Positions 29,292 to 39,423 of a DNA stretch of 64,000 nucleotides are shown piece by piece. The notes below the pieces were generated by a model. It was not told the origin of the DNA. It searched no databases and saw nothing but the letters and a program-made list of their open reading frames with translations. The translations under genes and the position numbers were made by a program. Origin of the DNA: Cypionkella sp. (GTDB taxonomy: Bacteria; Pseudomonadota; Alphaproteobacteria; Rhodobacterales; Rhodobacteraceae). The stretch lies in the NCBI GenBank assembly GCA_965248485.1, contig OZ252107.1, forward strand, positions 36,199 through 100,198, read 5' to 3'. The stretch's first letter is position 1; each line of letters begins with the position of its first letter.

Positions 29292-30535
29292 ATCAGAAAC
29301 TCGGCCAAGACCTCGTCATTTGTGATGTCTTGATAGCTGAAATTCGCAGCATGCAACTTGCTTGTCAGGGCGGCGAAATTTTCGGCCGATTTCGTTTCAA
29401 TCCCGATTAAAACCGACCCAAAGTTCCGCGCCGATTTCTTCAGATATTCAAACCGCGCGATATCATCATCGGGGCCAAGCATGTTGAGAAACTCTTTCAG
29501 CGCCCCAGGTCGTTGCGGCATGCGCAAAATAAAGTATTTCTTCAGCCCCGCATAGCGCTGCGCGCGTTCCTTCACCTCGGGCAGGCGTTCAAAATCAAAA
29601 TTGCCGCCCGATGTCACGCAAACCACGCATTTGCCGCGCAAACTCTCGCCCAAAACGCCCAAAACATCGACCGACAGCGCACCCGCAGGTTCCAGAACTA
29701 TGCCTTCAACATTCAGCATTTGCAGCATGGTGACGCAAATGCGGTCTTCGGGGGCAAGCAGCACTTGGGCGGGCTGCACCCAATTCAGGCGCTCAAAGGT
29801 TTTATCCCCCAAACGCGCCACCGCAGCGCCATCGACAAAACTGTTCACCGAAGCCAGCCGTTCGGGCCGCCCCGCCGCCAAGGCAGCCGTCAGGCTGGCC
29901 CCGCCCACAGGTTCGACAAAGACAAACTGCGCGCTGGGCGCAACCTCGCGCATGTAGCGGGTGATCCCCGCCGAAAGCCCGCCACCACCCACGGGCAAAA
30001 TCACCAGATCAGGCGCGCGGCCAAGCTGTTCCAGAATCTCGACCGCGACACTGGCCTGCCCTTCGATCACATCATCATCGTCAAAAGGCGACAGAAAATG
30101 GGCGGATTTTTCCGCGCAATAGGCCTGCGCCGCCGAAAGTGTTTGGTCGAAATAATCGCCCGTCAGCACAATTTCTACCTTGTCGCCTCCAAAGGCGCGG
30201 GTCTTATCAATTTTCTGCTGCGGCGTGGTGACGGGCATGAAAATTACCCCGCGCACGCCAAAATGCGCGCAGGCAAAGGCAACGCCTTGGGCGTGATTGC
30301 CCGCAGAGGCGCAGACAAATGTCGTTACCTCGGGCTGCGCACTGCGCACCTTGCGCATCGCGGTAAAAGCCCCGCGCAATTTATAGCTGCGCACGGGGGT
30401 CAAATCCTCACGTTTCAGCCAAATCTCTGCGCCATATTGCGCCGATAAATGCGTGTTTTGCTGCAGCGGCGTGCGCGCAAACAGATCGCGCAGCGCGCGG
30501 GTAGAGGTTTGGACCGATGCGACAAAATCTTTCAT
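29288..30535 (-). CDS. ilvA: Threonine ammonia-lyase IlvA, short form
   Basis: KREDLTPVRSYKLRGA (PLP Lys), SAGNHAQG, VGGGGL, SGGNFD, C-terminal PQRPGALKEF ACT domain. Confidence 0.95.
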   Translation of the reverse strand: MKDFVASVQTSTRALRDLFARTPLQQNTHLSAQYGAEIWLKREDLTPVRSYKLRGAFTAMRKVRSAQPEVTTFVCASAGNHAQGVAFACAHFGVRGVIFMPVTTPQQKIDKTRAFGGDKVEIVLTGDYFDQTLSAAQAYCAEKSAHFLSPFDDDDVIEGQASVAVEILEQLGRAPDLVILPVGGGGLSAGITRYMREVAPSAQFVFVEPVGGASLTAALAAGRPERLASVNSFVDGAAVARLGDKTFERLNWVQPAQVLLAPEDRICVTMLQMLNVEGIVLEPAGALSVDVLGVLGESLRGKCVVCVTSGGNFDFERLPEVKERAQRYAGLKKYFILRMPQRPGALKEFLNMLGPDDDIARFEYLKKSARNFGSVLIGIETKSAENFAALTSKLHAANFSYQDITNDEVLAEFLI

Positions 30536-30574
30536 CCGCCGATTAAGCCCCGCCCGCGCGCGAAAAACAAGCGG

Positions 30575-31366
30575 TTACGCCAGATCGAGGCTGCGGCCTT
30601 CGACGAAACGACCGTACAGCGTGGTGACAATGCTGGCACCGACGACCATTTGCAGCCAGCCTGCAATAAACCCATAGGCGGCGGACAAAATTGGGAATCT
30701 CATCAGCGCAAAGGTTGGAATACTCAGCAGAATAATTCCCACAGCCGTGATCAGCCCCAAGGCCAACAGCATCTTGTTTTTCCCGACAAGCTTGCCCCAA
30801 GCTTCGCGCAGCGTCATCGCTTTGCCCAAGGCGGCGGACGGAAACAGCGGCGCAAGGCGGTACGACACGATGAAGGCAGGAATATAGCCCAACATAGCGC
30901 CAATTGCGACAAGGCTACCCATCAAAACAGGGCCAGACATGAAAGAGCCAAAGACGAAACCCAGCCCCGCACCAATGATGCCGCCAATCAAAGATGATAC
31001 GATCACGACTGGTATCATCACCAACACCAGTTGAACCGATTTGCCGAAATACGCGCCTATTTCAGGCCCGTGAAAGGCGGGAATGGCGCGCGGATTTTCG
31101 TTCAGCAACACATAACGGTGCCAGCCGACAAGGCTCCAAATTACCAAAACCACCGCGGCGGCAAGATAGATGACAAACTGCAGCCAAGGGAAAGCGCCGT
31201 CCATCATACGTTGTTGCATGGCCTGTTGATCCGCCATCAAACTGCCCAAAAGCAAAAACTGCAAAGCGAACAGCGCGACAAACGGCACCCCCGTCACCCT
31301 GACCGCGTCGCCCAAGTTTTGAAACACCATGCGCACGGCATGTTTAAAAATCGCCCAGCTTTCCAT
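30575..31366 (-). CDS. Hypothetical polytopic membrane protein
   Basis: 263-aa ORF with about 6 hydrophobic segments, WHRYVLLNE and TTLYGRFVEGR motifs; GGGGC-GGA SD-like region upstream. Confidence 0.75.
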   Translation of the reverse strand: MESWAIFKHAVRMVFQNLGDAVRVTGVPFVALFALQFLLLGSLMADQQAMQQRMMDGAFPWLQFVIYLAAAVVLVIWSLVGWHRYVLLNENPRAIPAFHGPEIGAYFGKSVQLVLVMIPVVIVSSLIGGIIGAGLGFVFGSFMSGPVLMGSLVAIGAMLGYIPAFIVSYRLAPLFPSAALGKAMTLREAWGKLVGKNKMLLALGLITAVGIILLSIPTFALMRFPILSAAYGFIAGWLQMVVGASIVTTLYGRFVEGRSLDLA

Positions 31367-31428
31367 TTCCGCCCCTTTTCAGTTTATGGTTGTAGGCACT
31401 ATTCCCAGCCAGTCCGCGCCTGTCAACC

Positions 31429-31457
31429 TTGCCCCCGCCACCAATTATGGGTAATCG
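31429..31457 (+). promoter_or_regulatory. Putative sigma70 promoter of argG (TTGCCC-N17-TAATCG), back-to-back with a minus-strand TTGACA-N17-AATAGT
   Basis: Hexamers at 31429-31434 and 31452-31457; minus-strand TTGACA at 31421-31426. Confidence 0.4.
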
Positions 31458-31482
31458 CAGGCAAACATCTATGGAGGCCACC

Positions 31483-32724
31483 ATGCCCGCACCCAAATCT
31501 GCACCCAAGAAAGTTGTTCTTGCCTATTCGGGCGGGCTGGACACCTCGATCATTCTGAAATGGCTGCAAACCGAATATGGCTGCGAGGTGGTCACCTTTA
31601 CCGCCGATCTGGGGCAGGGCGAGGAACTGGCGCCCGCCCGCGAAAAGGCGATTTTGCTGGGGATCAAGCCCGAAAACATCCATATCGTCGACGTGCGCGA
31701 GGAATTCGTGCGCGATTTCGTCTTTCCGATGTTCCGCGCCAATGCCCTATACGAAGGGCTGTATCTGCTGGGCACATCCATCGCCCGCCCCCTGATCTCT
31801 CAGCATTTGGTGCGTATTGCGCATGAAACTGGGGCCGATGCGGTGGCGCATGGGGCCACGGGCAAGGGCAACGATCAGGTGCGGTTCGAACTGTCGGCCT
31901 ATGCGCTGGACCCGTCTATTCGCGTGATTGCCCCGTGGCGCGAATGGGATCTGACCAGCCGCACAAAGCTGCTGGAATTTGCCGAGGCGAACCAAATCCC
32001 GATTGCCAAGGATAAACGCGGCGAGGCCCCGTTTTCGGTGGATGCGAACCTGCTGCACACCTCGAGTGAGGGCAAAGTGCTGGAAAACCCAGCCGAGGAA
32101 GCGCCAGAGTTTGTCTATCAGCGCGTTACCCCCGTGGAAAAGGCCCCCGATACGCCGGAGTATGTAGAGATTACGTTCGAGCGTGGCGATGCCGTGGCGA
32201 TCAATGGGCAGTCCCTGTCGCCCGCGACGATTTTGACGCGGCTGAACGAAATGGGCGGGCGGCACGGGGTTGGCCTGTTGGATTTGGTTGAAAACCGCTT
32301 TGTTGGGATGAAGTCGCGGGGGCTGTACGAAACGCCGGGCGGGACGATCCTGCTTGAGGCACATCGCGGAATTGAACAAATCACGCTGGACGCAGGCGCT
32401 GGGCATTTGAAAGACAGCATCATGCCCCGCTATGCCGAGCTGATTTACAACGGCTTCTGGTTCAGCCCCGAACGCGAGATGTTGCAGGCCCTGATCGACA
32501 AATCCCAAGAACACGTCACGGGCACTGTGCGCGTGAAACTGTATAAAGGCAGCGCGCGGACTGTGGCGCGCTGGTCGGATCATTCGCTTTACAGCGAAAA
32601 GCATGTGACCTTTGAAGAGGACGCAGGCGCATATGACCAAAAAGACGCGGCAGGCTTTATCAAGCTGAACGCCCTGCGGCTAAAGCTGATCGCCACGCGG
32701 AACGCGCGGGTGAAGAAGGGTTAA
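31483..32724 (+). CDS. argG: Argininosuccinate synthase
   Basis: [55 protein letters not shown]. Confidence 0.97.
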   Translation: MPAPKSAPKKVVLAYSGGLDTSIILKWLQTEYGCEVVTFTADLGQGEELAPAREKAILLGIKPENIHIVDVREEFVRDFVFPMFRANALYEGLYLLGTSIARPLISQHLVRIAHETGADAVAHGATGKGNDQVRFELSAYALDPSIRVIAPWREWDLTSRTKLLEFAEANQIPIAKDKRGEAPFSVDANLLHTSSEGKVLENPAEEAPEFVYQRVTPVEKAPDTPEYVEITFERGDAVAINGQSLSPATILTRLNEMGGRHGVGLLDLVENRFVGMKSRGLYETPGGTILLEAHRGIEQITLDAGAGHLKDSIMPRYAELIYNGFWFSPEREMLQALIDKSQEHVTGTVRVKLYKGSARTVARWSDHSLYSEKHVTFEEDAGAYDQKDAAGFIKLNALRLKLIATRNARVKKG

Positions 32725-33437
32725 GTCTTATGCGGGGTGAGGCGCGCGTAATACGGCAGTGCCGCCTCGCATAAATCCCCGAACGCTCCCGTCAACGCGG
32801 GCAAATCCCCCTCGGCTGCGCCAAAGCCTGTCGATTTCCACACCTCGTCATACCAATGCGGCGCCCAGATCCCGTCAAAGGGTTTGGGGCCTGCGGGCCA
32901 AGTCAGCATGTTTTCGGTGAAAGGGATTTCCAGTGCCTCGCACAGACGCGACAGCGTTTCGCGCGGAGCGCGGCGGATGTCGGAGGAGTCCACTACCAAG
33001 GGCGCGGCCCCTGTCAAATCGGCCACTTGGTCAAACAATTCCGCCTGCTGAACAAAGCCGATATCGGCCAAGGTAGGTGCCTCGCGCTTCTTCGCATAGC
33101 TGGCAATCACGCGGGCGGGGTGGCGGATGAGGAAGACATTGGTAAGGCCCCGCAGAAAGCCCCGATCAAAGGCGGGGATCATGTGCATGGTCATGTGTTT
33201 TTGGTAAAACAGGCTCTGATTATGGGGAATCTCGCCCAAACAATCCCGCGCTACCTGCGCGGGGTCGCTGCTTTGGCTGGCAATCACCGCCTCGCGCATC
33301 GGGTGATCTATCCCCGTGGCTTTGAGGTAAGCTCCATAAAACGGCTCGTCCACCACGGCGCAATCGCCGCGTGCGGCAAAGGAATACATCAGCGCCGTCG
33401 ACAGATTGCGCGGGCCTGACCACATGGCTATCCGCAT
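32721..33437 (-). CDS. Sulfotransferase-like P-loop protein of unknown function
   Basis: [15 protein letters not shown] (resembles a 5'-phosphosulfate-binding loop), DEPFY, YQKHM..H, LIRHP..VIASY, APHWYD. Confidence 0.8.
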   Translation of the reverse strand: MRIAMWSGPRNLSTALMYSFAARGDCAVVDEPFYGAYLKATGIDHPMREAVIASQSSDPAQVARDCLGEIPHNQSLFYQKHMTMHMIPAFDRGFLRGLTNVFLIRHPARVIASYAKKREAPTLADIGFVQQAELFDQVADLTGAAPLVVDSSDIRRAPRETLSRLCEALEIPFTENMLTWPAGPKPFDGIWAPHWYDEVWKSTGFGAAEGDLPALTGAFGDLCEAALPYYARLTPHKT

Positions 33438-33438
33438 A

Positions 33439-34338
33439 TCAGGCCCCAACCAATTCTTTATACAAACTGCGCAAGCGCTGCGTCATCGGCCCCATCTGCC
33501 CATCACCAATCATCCGCCCATCAATACTGCTGACAGGGGTTTGCGCGCCGAAGGTTCCTGTCAAAAACGCCTCATCCGCGCTGTAGGTGTCCACCAGACT
33601 AAAGTTCCGCTCAAACACTGGAATCCCATTCGCGCGGCACAAGTCGATCACTTTGGCCCTGGTGATCCCGTTCATGCAGTAGTCCCCCGTGCTTGTCCAA
33701 ACCGCGCCTTTGCGCACGATAAAGAAATTGCAGGCGTTGGTCGTGTTCACAAAGCCGTGGATATCCAGCATCAACGCCTCATCCGCGCCGGCCTTTTCGG
33801 CGGCAATGCAGGCAAGGATGCAGTTCAATTTGCTGTGCGAGTTCAGCTTTGGGTCTTGGGTCATCGGCAGGCCGCGAAGATGCGGAACTGTTGCCAGCTT
33901 GATCGGGCGGGGCAGTTTTTGGCGCGAATGTTCCATGATAATCGCCACCGTCGGCCCCTGCTGCGACAGTTTGGGGTGCTGAAACGGGCGCGTTTTCACC
34001 CCGCGCGTCACCATGAAACGGGCATGCACATCACTGGTCATGCCATTGGCATTTTGCGTGTCTAACAGCGCCTTTAGAGCCTGTTCTTTGGTCATTGCAA
34101 TGTCCAGATCTATCGCCTTTGCCGCTTCGAAAAGCCTGTCAAAATGCTCAACCGCAAAGGCCCAGTTTCCATTATAAAGGCGCAGCCCCTCCCACACGCC
34201 ATCGCCCAGCATAAAGCCCGCGTCATAAACCGAAACCAGCGCCTCGCGTTTGGGCACGATACGGCCATTGACGTAAATCAAGATCGCCTCATTGCGGGCG
34301 TCTTCTTCGGCCTGATGGGTGGATACGTGATCGGTCAT
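33439..34338 (-). CDS. PLP-dependent class IV aminotransferase-fold protein
   Basis: VSVYDAGFMLGDGVWEGLR, HFDRLF, DPKLNSHSKLN (PLP Lys), GITR, ADEAFLTGT; SD AAGGAG. Confidence 0.9.
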   Translation of the reverse strand: MTDHVSTHQAEEDARNEAILIYVNGRIVPKREALVSVYDAGFMLGDGVWEGLRLYNGNWAFAVEHFDRLFEAAKAIDLDIAMTKEQALKALLDTQNANGMTSDVHARFMVTRGVKTRPFQHPKLSQQGPTVAIIMEHSRQKLPRPIKLATVPHLRGLPMTQDPKLNSHSKLNCILACIAAEKAGADEALMLDIHGFVNTTNACNFFIVRKGAVWTSTGDYCMNGITRAKVIDLCRANGIPVFERNFSLVDTYSADEAFLTGTFGAQTPVSSIDGRMIGDGQMGPMTQRLRSLYKELVGA

Positions 34339-34447
34339 GGCAATCTCCTTTGGCGCAAGGCTACCCCGCGCCTGCGCTGTCACGCAAGCGTGTCTTGCCT
34401 GTGATCAAATCACGCTAAATGATACGGCAAGTTTGAAAGGACATCCC

Positions 34448-35059
34448 ATGAAACGCATTTTCCTTGCTGCCCTGCTGATGCTGGCCCCGCTGACCGCCCG
34501 CGCCGAAACCGCCATTGTCGCAGGGGGGTGTTTTTGGTGCGTTGAAAGCAATTTCGAGGGCGTGAAAGGCGTGTCTGGCGTGGTGTCTGGCTATACGGGC
34601 GGCGGGTTGGCCAACCCGACCTATGAAAACCACGAAGGCCACTTTGAGGCGGTTGAAATCACCTTTGACCCCGCCGTGATCAGCTATGACCAGATCATCG
34701 CAAAATTCCTACGCTCGACCGATGTGGTGGATGACGGCGGTCAGTTTTGTGACCGTGGCTCTGCCTATAAATCTGCAATCTTCACCCAAAACGCCGCGCA
34801 GGAAGCAGCCGCAAAGGCCGAACTTGCCCGCGCACAGGCCGATTTGGGGCAAAGCATTGTCACACCCATTCTTCCCGCCAGCAGGTTTTGGATCGCCGAA
34901 GATTACCACCAAGATTATTACAAGGGCGAGAATATCACCCTGACGCGCGGCGGGGTGAAACGGCAATCCGAAGCCTATAAGTTTTATCGCAAAGCCTGTG
35001 GCCGCGATGCGCGCATCAGCGAATTGTGGGGCAGTGCCGCCGAATTTGTGCATCATTAA
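34448..35059 (+). CDS. msrA: Peptide methionine sulfoxide reductase MsrA with signal peptide
   Basis: AGGCFWCVE, GYTGG, AEDYHQDYY; signal peptide MKRIFLAALLMLAPLTARA. Confidence 0.93.
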   Translation: MKRIFLAALLMLAPLTARAETAIVAGGCFWCVESNFEGVKGVSGVVSGYTGGGLANPTYENHEGHFEAVEITFDPAVISYDQIIAKFLRSTDVVDDGGQFCDRGSAYKSAIFTQNAAQEAAAKAELARAQADLGQSIVTPILPASRFWIAEDYHQDYYKGENITLTRGGVKRQSEAYKFYRKACGRDARISELWGSAAEFVHH

Positions 35060-35139
35060 CCGACCGATTCGCGGTTGGCGTTAACTATTGGCTTTCTGTT
35101 CCCCGCGCGCTTTTGTAGCGTGTCGCAAAGGGGAACGCT

Positions 35140-37773
35140 GTGAACACTGATACCGTCTCGCCGATGATGGCCCAATATCTTGAAATCAAGGCGCAGGCGC
35201 CTGACGCGCTGCTGTTTTACCGCATGGGCGATTTCTACGAGATGTTTTTTGAAGATGCCGTTTTGGCTGCGGCGGCGCTGGATATCACGCTGACCAAACG
35301 CGGGTTGCATAGGGGCGAGCCTATTTCCATGTGCGGCGTGCCCTATCATGCCGCCGAATCTTATCTGCAGCAGCTGATTCGCAAAGGTTTTCGCGTGGCG
35401 ATTGCCGAGCAGATGGAAGACCCCGCCGAGGCGAAAAAGCGGGGCCATAAGTCGGTTGTGCGGCGCGAGATTGTGCGTCTGGTCACACCCGGCACGCTGA
35501 CCGAAGATGCCCTTTTGGACGCGCGGCGGCATAATTATTTGGCGGCCTATGTGCAACTGCGCGATATGGCGGCGCTAGCATGGTGCGATGTGTCCACGGG
35601 GGCCCTGCACGTAACCCGCTGCCCGCTGGTGCGGCTTGGCCCAGAACTCGCGCGGCTTTGCCCCAGCGAAATTTTGTTGATGGATGGCGGCGAGCCTGCC
35701 CTGCGCGATATCGCAACCGAGGCGGGGGCGGCTGTCACCGAACTTTCCCGCGCAAGTTTCGAATCTGCCTCGGCCGAAAAGCGGCTGCAATCGGTGTTTC
35801 AAGTGGCCTCATTGGATGCCTTTGCGCCGCTTGACCGCGCCGAAATGTCCGCCTTGGGCGCGATTTTGGACTATGTTTCCCTAACTCAGCGCGGCCAACT
35901 GCCGCTGCTGCGCCCGCCTGTGCAAGAAAAGCCTGCGGGCACAATGATGATTGACGGTGCGACGCGACGCAATTTGGAATTGGTGCAGGCGCTTTCCGGG
36001 GGGCGCGATGGGTCGCTGCTGGTCGCTGTGGATCGCACGATCACGGCGGCGGGTGGGCGATTGTTAGAGCGGCGGCTGTCGAACCCGTCCTGCGATTTGG
36101 CCGAACTTGCCCGTCGGCACGATTTGGTTGCCTATTTCATCGCCAGCCCCACCCTGCGGGACGATCTGCGGATGGCGTTGCGCGGCGTGCCTGATATCGA
36201 GCGCGCTTTGTCTCGGCTGGCACTGGATCGTGGGGGGCCGCGCGATTTGGGGGCGGTGCGTGATGGGCTGGGCTTGGCCGACCGCATCGCCGCAACTTTT
36301 GCCACTGGCGCGCCGCCGCCGATTGATTTGGCGGTGCTGTCACAAGGCGCGGCGATTGCAGGCGCGCTGAACGCCACATTGACCGAAGATCTGCCGATGT
36401 TCGCGCGTGATGGCGGCTTTATCCGCGCGGGCCAAGATGCCGAATTGGACAGCGCCCGTCGTCTGCGCGACGAAGGCCGCAGTATCATCATCAATTTGGA
36501 AAGCGGCTATGTCCAAGAAACGGGTGTGCAAAGCCTAAAGATTAAGCATAACAACGTGCTGGGCTATTTCATCGAAACTACGGCCACTCATGCGGGGCGA
36601 ATGCTCGCGCCGCCCCTTTCGGCGCGGTTTGTTCACCGCCAAACCACCGCCAACCAAGTGCGCTTTACCACGGTCGAGCTTAGCACCCTGGAAACGCAAA
36701 TCTTAAACGCAGGCGCGCAAGCGATTGAGATTGAATTGGCGCATTTGGCCGCGCTGCGCGAGGTGGTGCTGCAAAACGCCGCGCTAATTGCCGAGGTGAC
36801 TGCAGCGCTGGCTGCGTTGGATTTGGCGGCGGCATGGGCCGAAATCGCCACAGACGAAGGCTGGAGCCGCCCGGTTCTGGATGACAGCTCTGCGTTCGAC
36901 ATACAAAACGGGCGGCACCCTGTGGTGGAAGCTGCGCTAAAACGCAGCGCGAAAGGCGCCTTTGTGCCCAACTCCTGCGATTTGTCACAGGGTGAGACGC
37001 CCGCGATTTGGCTGCTGACGGGGCCGAATATGGCAGGGAAATCGACCTTTTTGCGCCAGAACGCTCTGATCGCCGTTTTGGCGCAGGCTGGCAGCTTTGT
37101 GCCTGCCGCGCGCGCGCATATCGGGCTGGTGCATCAGTTGTTCAGCCGCGTCGGTGCTTCGGATGATCTGGCGCGGGGGCGGTCTACCTTCATGGTGGAA
37201 ATGGTCGAAACCGCCGCGATTTTGAACCAAGCAGGCGACCGCGCCTTGGTGATTTTGGACGAGATTGGGCGCGGCACCGCCACTTATGACGGCTTGTCGA
37301 TTGCCTGGGCCACGCTGGAACATCTGCAATCGGTCAACAAATGCCGCGCCTTGTTTGCCACCCATTACCACGAATTGACAGCCCTTGCGGGCAAATTGGA
37401 CGGTTTGCGCAATGCGACCATGTCGGTAAAGGAATGGGATGGCGAGGTGATTTTCCTGCATGAAGTGCAGCGCGGCGCCGCAGATCGATCTTATGGGGTG
37501 CATGTTGCACGGCTCGCGGGCCTGCCGCCTGCGGTGATCGACCGCGCGCAATTTGTGCTGGAAAGTCTGGAAAAATCCGAGCGCGAGGGCGGCGGCAAAC
37601 CAAAGGCGTTGATCGACGATCTGCCGCTGTTTCGCGCGCCTGCCCCGCCGCCCGCGCCCAAGGCGTCGATCATCGAGGCAAAGCTGCGCGACATCAGCCC
37701 AGATCAGTTAACCCCAATGGCCGCGCTGCTGTTGCTGTATGAATTGCACGGGATGTTGCCGCCAAAACCCTAG
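35140..37773 (+). CDS. mutS: DNA mismatch repair protein MutS
   Basis: SPMMAQY, FYRMGDFYEMF, TGPNMAGKST, STFMVEM, DEIGRGT, FATHYHEL, SYGVHVARLAG; GTG start. Confidence 0.97.
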   Translation: MNTDTVSPMMAQYLEIKAQAPDALLFYRMGDFYEMFFEDAVLAAAALDITLTKRGLHRGEPISMCGVPYHAAESYLQQLIRKGFRVAIAEQMEDPAEAKKRGHKSVVRREIVRLVTPGTLTEDALLDARRHNYLAAYVQLRDMAALAWCDVSTGALHVTRCPLVRLGPELARLCPSEILLMDGGEPALRDIATEAGAAVTELSRASFESASAEKRLQSVFQVASLDAFAPLDRAEMSALGAILDYVSLTQRGQLPLLRPPVQEKPAGTMMIDGATRRNLELVQALSGGRDGSLLVAVDRTITAAGGRLLERRLSNPSCDLAELARRHDLVAYFIASPTLRDDLRMALRGVPDIERALSRLALDRGGPRDLGAVRDGLGLADRIAATFATGAPPPIDLAVLSQGAAIAGALNATLTEDLPMFARDGGFIRAGQDAELDSARRLRDEGRSIIINLESGYVQETGVQSLKIKHNNVLGYFIETTATHAGRMLAPPLSARFVHRQTTANQVRFTTVELSTLETQILNAGAQAIEIELAHLAALREVVLQNAALIAEVTAALAALDLAAAWAEIATDEGWSRPVLDDSSAFDIQNGRHPVVEAALKRSAKGAFVPNSCDLSQGETPAIWLLTGPNMAGKSTFLRQNALIAVLAQAGSFVPAARAHIGLVHQLFSRVGASDDLARGRSTFMVEMVETAAILNQAGDRALVILDEIGRGTATYDGLSIAWATLEHLQSVNKCRALFATHYHELTALAGKLDGLRNATMSVKEWDGEVIFLHEVQRGAADRSYGVHVARLAGLPPAVIDRAQFVLESLEKSEREGGGKPKALIDDLPLFRAPAPPPAPKASIIEAKLRDISPDQLTPMAALLLLYELHGMLPPKP

Positions 37774-38303
37774 CTTTGGGTATTGGACGAAACCCCAACC
37801 TGCGCGGGGCGCAGCAGGCGATCATGCAGCATAAACCCTTCCGAGGCGACTTGGATAATATCGCCCGCCTTTGTGCCAGGAAGGGGTGCTTCGAACATCG
37901 CCTCGTGCTGCTGCGGATCAAACATATCGCCAACCTTGGGGCTGATCGGGGTAAGGCCGTGCTTTGCCATAACACCTGTCAACTCGCGCAGGGTCAAATC
38001 CACACCCTCCAGCAAAGCTGCCATTTCAGGGGCAGCGGCATCGCCTGCCGTGGTCAACGCGCGTTTCAAATTATCATAGACGGGCAGCAAATCGCGGGCC
38101 AAACGCGAAGCGCCATAGGCCTCGGCTTCGCGCCGATCGCGTTCGGCGCGTTTGCGGGTGTTTTCGGCATCGGCCAAGGCGCGCATAAAACGGTCGCGCA
38201 TATCATCGCGTTCGGCGCGCAGGCTGTCAATTTCGCTGACCGCTGCAGTGATATCTGCCATTTCGGGAATATCAATGTTTTCGGGGTTCGTCTCAGTGGT
38301 CAT
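37770..38303 (-). CDS. grpE: Nucleotide exchange factor GrpE
   Basis: RALADAENTRKR, LLPVYDNL, FDPQQHEAM, GFMLHDRLLRPAQV. Confidence 0.95.
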   Translation of the reverse strand: MTTETNPENIDIPEMADITAAVSEIDSLRAERDDMRDRFMRALADAENTRKRAERDRREAEAYGASRLARDLLPVYDNLKRALTTAGDAAAPEMAALLEGVDLTLRELTGVMAKHGLTPISPKVGDMFDPQQHEAMFEAPLPGTKAGDIIQVASEGFMLHDRLLRPAQVGVSSNTQS

Positions 38304-38351
38304 GACAATATCCTTCTTCTACTTTGGCGCAGCGGGCTGCGTCTAACCTGT

Positions 38352-39413
38352 TTAGCGGTCAGATAAAAGCCTGCTTACAAGCTGCGCCGTATAATCTACA
38401 ATCGGCACAATGCGCCCGTAATTCAGCCGTGTAGGGCCAATCACCCCAACCGCGCCAATAATCTTACGGTCGCTGTTCATATAGGGGGAAACCACCAAAG
38501 TGGAACCCGATAGCGAAAATAGTTTATTTTCTGACCCAATAAAAATACGCACGCCCTCGCCTTTTTCGGTCAGGCTTAGGAAATCGGCGATGTCGCGTTT
38601 GCGTTCCAAATCATCAAACAATTCGCGGATGCGGTCGATGTCATGCGCGCTGTCAACCTGATCGTCGATTAGGTTGGCGCGGCCGCGCACGATCAAACGC
38701 TCGCTTGCCTCGCCCGTGTTTTCCCACAAGGCCAGCCCCGATTCGACCAAACCCTGCGCCAACAGGTCAATTTCGCGCCGATTTTGCGCGATTTGCCGTT
38801 CCACCGCTGCGCGCAATTCCGAAAGCGTGCGACCCGATGCCAAGGCGTTTAGGAAATTCGCCGCTTCGCGCATCGCGCTGGCGGTCAGCCCCACTGGCGG
38901 GGTGAAAACACGGTTTTCCACCTGGCCATTGGCAAAAACCAAGACGACCAACGCGCGTTCAGGCGACAAGGCGACAAATTCAATTTGCCGCAGCACCGAT
39001 TCCTGCTTGGGCGCCAAAACCACGGATGCGCCGCGCGTCAGACCCGAAAGCGTGGCGCTGATATGATCCAGCATCGTCGGAATATCGCTGTCGCCCTGCG
39101 CCGCACTTTCCATTTTCTGCCGATCATCCGCGCCGACATCGCCCACCTCGAGCAGACCATCGACAAATAGCCGAAGCCCCATTTCGGTTGGAACCCGCCC
39201 CGCCGAAATATGCGGCGAGTTGAGCAGGCCCAGAAATTCCAGATCCTGCATGACATTGCGAATTGTCGCCGCTGACAGAGGCTGCGACATCGTCCGCGTC
39301 AGCGTCCGCGACCCCACAGGTTCGCCATTTTGCAAATACCCCTCGACCACGCGGCGAAACACTTCGCGCGTGCGGTCGTTCATCTCGGACAGGGTGTTTG
39401 GTGTGCTGGTCAT
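38352..39413 (-). CDS. hrcA: Heat-inducible transcription repressor HrcA
   Basis: YLQNGEPVGSRTL, SAATIRNVMQDLE, PHISAGRVPT, VIGPTRLNY. Confidence 0.96.
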   Translation of the reverse strand: MTSTPNTLSEMNDRTREVFRRVVEGYLQNGEPVGSRTLTRTMSQPLSAATIRNVMQDLEFLGLLNSPHISAGRVPTEMGLRLFVDGLLEVGDVGADDRQKMESAAQGDSDIPTMLDHISATLSGLTRGASVVLAPKQESVLRQIEFVALSPERALVVLVFANGQVENRVFTPPVGLTASAMREAANFLNALASGRTLSELRAAVERQIAQNRREIDLLAQGLVESGLALWENTGEASERLIVRGRANLIDDQVDSAHDIDRIRELFDDLERKRDIADFLSLTEKGEGVRIFIGSENKLFSLSGSTLVVSPYMNSDRKIIGAVGVIGPTRLNYGRIVPIVDYTAQLVSRLLSDR

Positions 39414-39423
39414 ATCGGGCTAA

